Positions 37,955 to 45,645 of a stretch of 63,119 nucleotides of DNA are shown here, in pieces (the stretch's first letter is position 1; every line of letters begins with the position of its first letter). The notes under the pieces are model-generated. The model saw nothing but the letters and a program-made list of their open reading frames with translations. It was not told the origin of the DNA and did no database searches. Source of the stretch: Thermoanaerobaculia bacterium (GTDB lineage: Bacteria; Acidobacteriota; Thermoanaerobaculia; Multivoradales; UBA5704); contig JBGAGQ010000034.1 of the NCBI GenBank assembly GCA_044226625.1, positions 1 through 63,119 of the forward strand. Reading direction: 5' to 3'. Made by a program: the position numbers and the translations under genes.

Positions 37955-39199
37955 ATGCTCGCCCGGAATCTGACCCCGCGGCTGCTCGAAGCCTTGTCGG
38001 ACCGGCCGGTCGTCGTCCTGAATGGGGCGCGCCAGACTGGAAAGAGCACGCTGGTTGCGGGTCTCGGAGACAGGTATCCGGCCCGGTATTTAACCTTGGA
38101 CGACCCGAGCGTGGCCTCCGCCATCACTACGGACCCGACGGGGTTTCTCGCCGGCCTCGACGGTCCGGTGATCCTCGACGAAATCCAGCGTGCTCCGGAG
38201 CTGTTCCTGCCGCTCAAGGCCGCGGTGGACCGCGACCGGCGGCCTGGACGATTCCTGCTCACGGGCTCGGCGAACATCCTCCTCCTGCCTCGTCTGTCGG
38301 AATCTCTCGCCGGACGAATGGAAATCCTCACGCTCTGGCCCTTCTCGCAAGGCGAAATCGAGCGGCGGCAGGACGGCTTTCTTGAGTTTCTGTTCGGTCC
38401 GGGGCGAAAGCTCCCGAACGTCCGAGGATTGGAACGCGTGGACCTTATCTCGAGGATCGTCGCGGGTGGATTTCCCGAGGTGGTCGAGATGCGCCCGGCA
38501 CGTCGCCGCAGTTGGTTCCGTTCCTATCTCACGGCCATTCTGCAGCGCGATGTCCGCGACCTCGCGAACATCGAAGGCCTCTCGGCTCTGCCGAACCTGC
38601 TTGCGCTCCTGGCCGCGCGGTCCGCCTCTTTGCTCAACTTTTCCGAGCTTTCTAGGTCGAGCGGCCTTGCCATGTCGACGCTCAAGCGCTACTTCTCCCT
38701 CCTCGAAGCGCTGTATCTCGTTCAGGTTGTGCCGGCTTGGAGTGCGAATCTTTCCAAGCGGCTTGTGAAGAGCCCAAAGACCTACCTGAGCGACACCGGG
38801 CTTCTCGCGCATCTTCTCGGAGTCAACGAGGATCGGCTGCTCGACAGGCCAAGCGGGGTTGGTTCCTTCGTCGAAAACTTCGTGGCCCTGGAGCTGTGGA
38901 AGCAGGCGAGCTGGAGCGAGCAGCAACCCTCCCTCTACCACTTCCGCACTCAGGCAGGCAGCGAAATCGACTTCCTGTTGGAAGACGCGGACGGCCGTAT
39001 CGCTGCCGTCGAGGTCAAAGCCTCCGCAACCGTCGGAAGCCGAGACGTCCAGCCGATGAAAGTGCTGGCCGACGAGCTGGGCGACCGCTTCGTGCGTGGG
39101 GTCGTTCTCTACACCGGTACGAATGTGGTTCCGTTCGATCGGAAAATTCACGCGCTGCCGATCGACGCGCTCTGGGCGGGAGAGCTCGCTGCGGCCTGA
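37955..39199 (+). CDS. AAA_14 ATPase + DUF4143 (PD-(D/E)xK-like) protein
   Basis: GARQTGKST, LDEIQ, LTGS, GGFP, KSPK.Y..DTGL, EIDFL...AVEVK. Confidence 0.93.
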   Translation: MLARNLTPRLLEALSDRPVVVLNGARQTGKSTLVAGLGDRYPARYLTLDDPSVASAITTDPTGFLAGLDGPVILDEIQRAPELFLPLKAAVDRDRRPGRFLLTGSANILLLPRLSESLAGRMEILTLWPFSQGEIERRQDGFLEFLFGPGRKLPNVRGLERVDLISRIVAGGFPEVVEMRPARRRSWFRSYLTAILQRDVRDLANIEGLSALPNLLALLAARSASLLNFSELSRSSGLAMSTLKRYFSLLEALYLVQVVPAWSANLSKRLVKSPKTYLSDTGLLAHLLGVNEDRLLDRPSGVGSFVENFVALELWKQASWSEQQPSLYHFRTQAGSEIDFLLEDADGRIAAVEVKASATVGSRDVQPMKVLADELGDRFVRGVVLYTGTNVVPFDRKIHALPIDALWAGELAAA

Positions 39200-39255
39200 C
39201 CTCCGCGTCCCCTTTTTTCGCGCGCGCGCACCGGTTCTCTCGAAAGGAGACACCC

Positions 39256-39498
39256 ATGCGTAAGTCGAAGCTCACCCTCCACCGCGAGACCCTTCGTCAG
39301 CTGGCCGCCGGCAATCTGTTCGGAGCCCGCGGCGCTTCCGCGCAGGAGTGCGGCGGCTCGGGGAACACCACTTGCCAGTCGGACCTCAGCAACTGCCTTT
39401 CGAACTACCCCGGCTTCTGCAATCCGTCGAACGACACGGAATGCGCTTCGCGTTGCATCGCCTGCCCGGACACCGGCGGCCCGTCGGTCTACTGCTAG
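39256..39498 (+). CDS. RiPP (lanthipeptide-like) precursor peptide, 80 aa
   Basis: AAGGAG RBS; leader KLTLHRETLRQL...GARGA; core has 8 Cys and 12 Ser/Thr. Confidence 0.75.
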   Translation: MRKSKLTLHRETLRQLAAGNLFGARGASAQECGGSGNTTCQSDLSNCLSNYPGFCNPSNDTECASRCIACPDTGGPSVYC

Positions 39499-39507
39499 CG
39501 GACGACT

Positions 39508-39536
39508 CCCGGGAAGCCGGCCCTCGGCTTCCCGGG
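39508..39536. terminator. hairpin between convergent genes
   Basis: Perfect 12-bp stem CCCGGGAAGCCG / CGGCTTCCCGGG with a 5-nt loop; no U tract. Confidence 0.55.
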
Positions 39537-39555
39537 GCCCCTCGCTCCACGCCCT

Positions 39556-41982
39556 TCATCCGTCCTGGCGTAGCGCTTCGCAGGGATCGATCCGACTCGC
39601 TCGGCGGGCAGGGAGCCAGCTGGCGATCGCGGCGGTCGCGAGGAGAAACGCTCCCGTTCCGAGCGCGATCCAAAGATCGCTCCCCTCGATTCCCACCCAC
39701 AGTTCCTGGAGGCTCGACATCGCTCGGCTTCCGGCGATCGCCACGATCATGCCGAGGGCGATCCCGAAGAGCGCGAGGATCACGCCACGGCGTAGGACCA
39801 GGCCGAGAAGCGTTCGGCGATTCGCTCCGAGCGCGGCGCGGACTCCAATCTCACGGCTGCGCAGGCGGACCGAAAACGACAGCACGCCGTAGAGCCCGAC
39901 CGCGACCAGAAGCAGCGCGAGGCCACCGAAACCGGCGGAGAGCAGGGCATTGAAGCGCGACCGCGCGAGCGGCGACGCGGCGGCCAGGCGTTGTTCGAAG
40001 GGCAGAAGGCGGGAGACCGGAAGATCGCGGTCGAGGGCGCGCACCGCCGCGCGGATCGGTTCGGCAAGCGCGACCGGATCGCCGGAGGTGCGCACGACGA
40101 TCGACAGGCCGCGCAGATAGTCGACCGGCACGGGCTCCTGGTCGAAGGCCAGGTAGACCGTCGGAGAGGCGTCCGCGCCCGGCCGGCGGAGATCGGGGGC
40201 GACGCCGACGAGGTCGAACCACTCGCCGTTGAAGCGGATGCGTCGACCGATCCCCGATCGGCCGCCGAGAAGCTCGCGCGCCGCCGCGACGTCGAGCAGC
40301 GCCACGCGGCGCCCGCCGACACGGTTCTCCGGGCCGATCGTCTCGCCCGAGCCGCCCGACGTGCCGAGCGCCGCGAAATATCCCGGCGTCACGAGCTGCC
40401 AGCCCGCGCTCGCCCCGTCCTTCGTCGGCTCCCCCTCGATCTCCGGCGCGAAGCCCCAGGGCTCCTCCGGCGGGATCTCTTTCGCTCCTCCGACCGCGAG
40501 GACGCCGGGCATCGCGGCGATCCGGTCGAGGAGCCCGCGATAGAACGCGCGGACCTCCGCCGCCTCGCGGTAGCGCGACTCGGGCAACGCCAAGTCGAAG
40601 GTCAACGCGTGATCGGGCCGGAAACCGAGATCCTGGTCGAGCAGATGTCGGAAGCTCCGGACCAGCAGGCCCGCGCCCGCGAGCAGCACGAACGCGAGGG
40701 CGACCTCGGCGACCACCAACGCGCCATGCAAACGCTGCCGGCCGGGGTCCGCGGCCGCCGCGGCGGGGCGATCGATGGAGATCGCCGAGGCCGCCTTTCG
40801 TCCGGTTCGCCAGAACGCGGGGAGGACGGCGAGCAGCGCGCTCAGGAGCGAGATTGCCAGGGTGAACGAAAGGCCCGCGGCTCCCACCGAAAGCGGCAGG
40901 CTTTTCGGCAGGTAGACGCCGCGCGGATCGGGGAGGATGCGCAGAGCGATCTCGGCGAGGAGCAGGGCGAGCGCGCCGGCGGCCGCCGCATGGATCAGCG
41001 CTTCGACCGCCAGGGGCCGGACGATTCGCCAGGTCGAGGCGCCGAGTGCCCGGCGCACGGCGAGCTCCCTTTCGCGCGAGACGGCGCGGATCAGGTGGAG
41101 GCTTGCGACGTTGGCCGCCGCGAGCAGGAGGACCAGGACGACCGCGCCGAAGATCGCCCAGAGGCCCGTCCGCGCGCTCGACGCGTAGCGCTCTGCCAAC
41201 GGCTCGACGCGGACGGTGAGATCGCTGTCCGCGGGGGCTTCGGTTTTCGGCTCGAGGCGGCGCGCGAGCCCCGACAGCTCGGCTTCCGCCGCCTGCAGTG
41301 TGACGCCCGGCCGCAGACGGCCGAGGCCTCCCAGGTAGGCCGATTGGCGATCCGTGGCCGAGCCAGCGGAAAAAACCAGGGGCAGCACGAGATCGGGATC
41401 GCCGCCCGGAAGGCGGAAACTTCGAGGAAGAACGCCCGCGACCTCGAAGGGCTCGCCGTCGAGCGTCAGGGCTTTTCCGACGATCGATTTCTCCCCGCCG
41501 AAGCGCGTACGCCAGAGCCGGTCGCTGATCGCGACCCGGCGCGGGCCGCCCGGGCGATAGTCGGCGGGCGAGAAGAGCTGCCCGGCCGCGGGGCGAAGAG
41601 CGAGCGATTCGAGGGTGCCTTGCGAGACGAGGAAGCGCGGAAGGCGCACGGGATCGCCATCTCCCGTGAGGTCGAGCGTGCCGAACGGCACATAGGCGCC
41701 AAAGGCCGAGAAGGACCGGCTGGCAGCGCGGAGGGCGATAAAATCCGCGGGCGTCAATGATCCCGGCGCATCGCCGCGCGACGGATGGAGCGCGAGAACG
41801 CTGACGATCCGATCGGCCTCAGGATAGGGCGCCGGGCGGAGTACCGCAGCGTCGAGAACCGCGAAGATCGTCACGCAGGCGCCGATTCCGAGCGCGAGCG
41901 TCGCGATCAAAGCGGCAGAGAACGCCGGACGACGAACGATCGAGCGAAAAGAACCGCGAACTTCTCCGGGCAGGTCGGACAT
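39556..41982 (-). CDS. ADOP-family duplicated MacB/FtsX-type ABC permease
   Basis: TLALGIGA, ANVASL...RERELAVRRALGAS, LVVAEVALAFVLL, GLYGVLSF..R.REIGVRAALGA, PARRA. Confidence 0.92.
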   Translation of the reverse strand: MSDLPGEVRGSFRSIVRRPAFSAALIATLALGIGACVTIFAVLDAAVLRPAPYPEADRIVSVLALHPSRGDAPGSLTPADFIALRAASRSFSAFGAYVPFGTLDLTGDGDPVRLPRFLVSQGTLESLALRPAAGQLFSPADYRPGGPRRVAISDRLWRTRFGGEKSIVGKALTLDGEPFEVAGVLPRSFRLPGGDPDLVLPLVFSAGSATDRQSAYLGGLGRLRPGVTLQAAEAELSGLARRLEPKTEAPADSDLTVRVEPLAERYASSARTGLWAIFGAVVLVLLLAAANVASLHLIRAVSRERELAVRRALGASTWRIVRPLAVEALIHAAAAGALALLLAEIALRILPDPRGVYLPKSLPLSVGAAGLSFTLAISLLSALLAVLPAFWRTGRKAASAISIDRPAAAAADPGRQRLHGALVVAEVALAFVLLAGAGLLVRSFRHLLDQDLGFRPDHALTFDLALPESRYREAAEVRAFYRGLLDRIAAMPGVLAVGGAKEIPPEEPWGFAPEIEGEPTKDGASAGWQLVTPGYFAALGTSGGSGETIGPENRVGGRRVALLDVAAARELLGGRSGIGRRIRFNGEWFDLVGVAPDLRRPGADASPTVYLAFDQEPVPVDYLRGLSIVVRTSGDPVALAEPIRAAVRALDRDLPVSRLLPFEQRLAAASPLARSRFNALLSAGFGGLALLLVAVGLYGVLSFSVRLRSREIGVRAALGANRRTLLGLVLRRGVILALFGIALGMIVAIAGSRAMSSLQELWVGIEGSDLWIALGTGAFLLATAAIASWLPARRASRIDPCEALRQDG

Positions 41983-42040
41983 GGTGAGAGACCTTTCGGA
42001 ACCGAAGGAAAGAGCAGCGTGATTGTAGCTCCGCACCCGC

Positions 42041-42838
42041 ATGCCCGAACGATTCGACCTCATTGCCGCCGGCCATCGCCTGGAAGCCGTCTGGCACGGT
42101 CCGCAGCCAGACGTCGCTTCCACGATCGTAATGCTCCACGAAGGGCTCGGCTCGGTCGCCGGCTGGCGCGACGCGCCGGAGCGGTTGGCGCGGGCGACCG
42201 GTCTCGGCGTCCTGGCCTACAGCCGGTGGGGCTACGGAGCCTCAGACCTCGTCGTGCCGCCCCGCCCGCTGCGTTACATGCACGACGAGGCGCTCTCCGC
42301 CCTGCCGGACGTTCTGGCCGCCGCGGGCGTCCGCGAGGCGATCTTGCTCGGCCACAGCGACGGCGCCTCGATCGCGTTGATCTATGCGGGAAGCCCCGCC
42401 TCGCGGTCCCCGGGCGCACCGCGTCTGCGCGGTTTGGCGCTCCTCGCTCCTCACGTCTTCTGCGAGGAGATCTCCGTCCAAGCGATCTCTCGCGCCCGCG
42501 AGGCCTATGTGTCGGGCGATCTTCGCGCCCGCCTCGCGCGGATCCAGGATGCGAACGTCGACGGAGCGTTCTGGGGCTGGAACGGTGCCTGGCTCGATCC
42601 CGGGTTTCGCGACTGGAACCTCGAGGAATTCCTGCCCGGGATCGAAGTCCCCGTGCTGGTGGTGCAGAGCGACGAGGACCCCTACGGCACGCTCGCCCAG
42701 GTCGACGCCATCGAGCGCGGCGTGCGGGGGCCGTTCTCCCGATTGATCCTCTCGCGGTGCGGGCACTCGCCGCTCAAGGAGCGACCGGAGGAGACGATGG
42801 CGGCGATCAAAGCCTTCGTTCGAGACGTCGCCTCCTAG
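42041..42838 (+). CDS. alpha/beta hydrolase
   Basis: LHEGLGS, GHSDGAS, DPYG, CGHSP. Confidence 0.92.
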   Translation: MPERFDLIAAGHRLEAVWHGPQPDVASTIVMLHEGLGSVAGWRDAPERLARATGLGVLAYSRWGYGASDLVVPPRPLRYMHDEALSALPDVLAAAGVREAILLGHSDGASIALIYAGSPASRSPGAPRLRGLALLAPHVFCEEISVQAISRAREAYVSGDLRARLARIQDANVDGAFWGWNGAWLDPGFRDWNLEEFLPGIEVPVLVVQSDEDPYGTLAQVDAIERGVRGPFSRLILSRCGHSPLKERPEETMAAIKAFVRDVAS

Positions 42839-42967
42839 GCTCGATCCTTCGCTTTCGTCTCGCGCGGCATTCTGGCGCCGCGCGTGGCACAAACCCTGCT
42901 CTATCCCCTGCTCGTGGCGGTCATCTTTCCCGAGGGTCATTCCATTTCGCCGCCACCTCAGGAGGAC

Positions 42968-44191
42968 ATGATGAACAGACGACGATGGATTTTCCCAGTT
43001 GCGCTCGCTGGAGCGATCGCCTTGTCTTCCGGCCTGCTCGCTTCGCCCGCTCTCGCGGATCACGGCTCGTTGCGAGCCGAGGTCGGCATCTACTACGACG
43101 AGCTGTCACCCTATGGGGACTGGGTCGACGACACACAGTACGGAGCGGCCTGGTGTCCGCGCCACGTCGGCTCCGACTGGCGTCCCTATTCGGACGGCCG
43201 CTGGGTCGACAGCGACTACGGCTGGACCTGGGTAACGGACGAACCGTTCGGCTGGGCGACCTATCACTACGGCCGCTGGGCCTTCGATCCTCGCTATGGC
43301 TGGATCTGGGTTCCCGGCACGGTCTGGGCTCCCGCGTGGGTGTCGTGGCAGTACGGCGGCGGCTACGTCGGATGGGCTCCGTTGCCTCCTTCGGTCGGCT
43401 TCGACCTGAACGTCGGCATCCGGCTGGGCGGGCTTTCGCTCACCGCCGCTCTGTCGCCGAACGACTACGTGTTCGTCTCGGAGCGCGGCTTTCTGGAGCC
43501 GAACGTCGGCCGGTACGCGGTGCCTCGCGTGCGCAACCGCGATCTGTGGCGGCGCGCCCGCAACGTGACCAATTACACCGTGATCAACCATCGCGTGATC
43601 AACCGCGGCGTGACGGTGAACGAGATTTCCCGCGCCACCCGCCGTCCGGTTCCGCGCTATCGAATCTCCGAGGTAGAGAGCCGGCGCTCGATCGGCGTCG
43701 AAAGGGATCGCGTCCGGATCTACCGTCCGTCCTCCTCGCAGCTGCGCACGAGCCGGGTGGCGGTCCGCAATGACTCGGGTGTGCGGCCTCATGGCAGACC
43801 CACCGTGCGTCCGGACGTGCGCCGAATCGATCGGCCGGCGGAGAATCGCGGACGCGGCCCCGCGGTGCGTCCGAACGAGCGCTACCGCCGTCCGGAAGCC
43901 CGTCCGCAGCCGCCGCCGCAAACCCGGCGGGTGGAGGTACGGCGCACCGAGGTCCGTCGCGAGGAGGTACGCCGAGAGCAGGTGCGACGGACCCAGGTGG
44001 CCCCTCGGCAGCACGGTACGCCGCCCCCTCGGGTGAACCGTCCCACGCCGCGCGAGAACCATCGACCTGAGGTCCGCAAGGAGCGCCACGAGCAACGTCC
44101 TTCGGCACGCCCGAACCGTCCGCACGGTGGCGGGGGCGGAAGCGGTGGCCACGGCGCGGCGAAACCGAAACAGCATGGCCACGGCGGCTAA
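42968..44191 (+). CDS. DUF6600-like secreted protein with Arg/Pro-rich tail
   Basis: LSPYGDW, WRPYSDGRW, GWATYHYGRW, WAPAWVSW, GWAPLPP; GGAGG RBS; signal peptide. Confidence 0.85.
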   Translation: MMNRRRWIFPVALAGAIALSSGLLASPALADHGSLRAEVGIYYDELSPYGDWVDDTQYGAAWCPRHVGSDWRPYSDGRWVDSDYGWTWVTDEPFGWATYHYGRWAFDPRYGWIWVPGTVWAPAWVSWQYGGGYVGWAPLPPSVGFDLNVGIRLGGLSLTAALSPNDYVFVSERGFLEPNVGRYAVPRVRNRDLWRRARNVTNYTVINHRVINRGVTVNEISRATRRPVPRYRISEVESRRSIGVERDRVRIYRPSSSQLRTSRVAVRNDSGVRPHGRPTVRPDVRRIDRPAENRGRGPAVRPNERYRRPEARPQPPPQTRRVEVRRTEVRREEVRREQVRRTQVAPRQHGTPPPRVNRPTPRENHRPEVRKERHEQRPSARPNRPHGGGGGSGGHGAAKPKQHGHGG

Positions 44192-44218
44192 CCCGCCTTC
44201 CGAAAACCCTTCCCCTGA

Positions 44219-44252
44219 GCGGCGGTGCTTCGGCACCGCCGCAGCAATTTTT
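44219..44252 (+). terminator. terminator hairpin with cUUCGg tetraloop
   Basis: GCGGCGGTGC-TTCG-GCACCGCCGC followed by AGCAATTTTT. Confidence 0.65.
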
Positions 44253-44694
44253 GCCGACCTTCTCTGCGGCTCCGCGACCGATTGACGCCTGTTGCCACGG
44301 GTAGGATCCCTCGATGGATCCCTTCGCTCGAACACCAAGCGCGGCAACCTGCCTCAGTGTTGCCCGAGATTCGATCGCCCACGACGTCCGATGCGCCGCG
44401 CTACGGGACCCTCGAAGGCGAGGAAATGTGGGGTCGGCTGGCGGAGATCGTGACCCAAGACCGCTTCCTCTCTCCTCCCGAGATCTGCCGCCGGTCCGCG
44501 GTCGAGAGGAGCCCTTCCGGAATTCGAGGCGCCCTTCAGAGCAAAGGGACAGCGGCTGGAGAAGTTCGGGGCTCGGGCTCTTTCACTCCTTGGAAGACGG
44601 ACGGTCGGAACGACCTCCCGTCCCCAAGAAGCATGCGCGGCATCGCGCCGCCGTCGCTATCGAGAAATTTCCAGATCTTTCCCGGCGGGAAACC

Positions 44695-45456
44695 TCACCG
44701 CACGCCAGGAGGCGGCACGGCGCCAGGATCGGCCGACGTTCCTCCGTCCACCGAGGAGGCGCCGGATTCGATCGAACCGTGTGAAGGCGCGGCACCGGTC
44801 TCGGACCGTTCGGTACCGGGCGAGCTCGCCTGGATCGGCGCGCTCGGCGCGTTCGACACGCTGTCGGGACGCGCTTCGTCCTGAGCGGCGAACGCCTCCG
44901 AATGCGTGGGAGCAACGCCGGGCGCCGCCGCCTCGGTGGGTCTCGTGACCGGGGTCACCGGGAATCCCGCCGAACCGAGAGGAGCCACCCGCGCCACAGC
45001 GGCCTCGCGCTGGCGAACCTGCCGTTCGCGGCGCGCGATCTCGCGCTCCCGCAGCTCGAGGACCTCCGGGTCCGGCCGTCGAAGAGCGGGAGCGATGTAG
45101 ATGCTGGGCCGTTCCGTCGAGACCTGCCCGCCGAGGGTTTCTCCCGGCCGATCGGAAGGTATCGAGTCGACGACCAGATCGGCAGGAATCCCGGCGGGCC
45201 GATCGGTAGAGTTTTCCTCGAGCGCCGCGGAATAGGAAGCGGTCTGGTAGGGAGTGGCCTGCGGGGTGATCTGGTACGAAGCCGCGATCGCGGCTTGTCG
45301 TTGTGCGCGTAGCTCGTCCAACTCGGCCCGCAGGGCCGCGCGTTCGGATTCGAGCGCGGCGGCGTCGAGCCGCCGCTCGGCGATCGAATCGTCACGGTGG
45401 CAACCGGCGGCGGTGAGGGGGAGCAGCGCGAAGAGGATCAAGGCTCGTGAGTTCAT
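44695..45456 (-). CDS. putative lipoprotein with coiled-coil and low-complexity regions
   Basis: MNSRALILFALLPLTAAGC lipobox; GGAGG RBS. Confidence 0.65.
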   Translation of the reverse strand: MNSRALILFALLPLTAAGCHRDDSIAERRLDAAALESERAALRAELDELRAQRQAAIAASYQITPQATPYQTASYSAALEENSTDRPAGIPADLVVDSIPSDRPGETLGGQVSTERPSIYIAPALRRPDPEVLELREREIARRERQVRQREAAVARVAPLGSAGFPVTPVTRPTEAAAPGVAPTHSEAFAAQDEARPDSVSNAPSAPIQASSPGTERSETGAAPSHGSIESGASSVDGGTSADPGAVPPPGVR

Positions 45457-45645
45457 GGCGTTCCACCTCCGTCGGCGCGAAAGAGCAAAGAAAATGCCAC
45501 CTGTGGGCTTCCGCAAACGGGAATTCGAGCGATCTCAGTATCCTTCGCGACACCGGCCCGGCCCGGGATCGCCCTAGCCCGGGATCGGCGCGATTCGTCC
45601 CACGCCGTTGTCGCGGTCGGGGCGGACGCATAGGATCTCCGCACG

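Noticed and set aside
39556-41982. ADOP permease as the exporter of the RiPP
   Set aside because: It is convergent, separated by a hairpin, and has no ATPase or peptidase domain. This family is common and dispersed in acidobacterial genomes.
44253-44694. ORFs 44225-44884 and 44314-44784 in the convergent gap
   Set aside because: No RBS or recognisable motifs, and they overlap the lipoprotein gene; the region is left unexplained.
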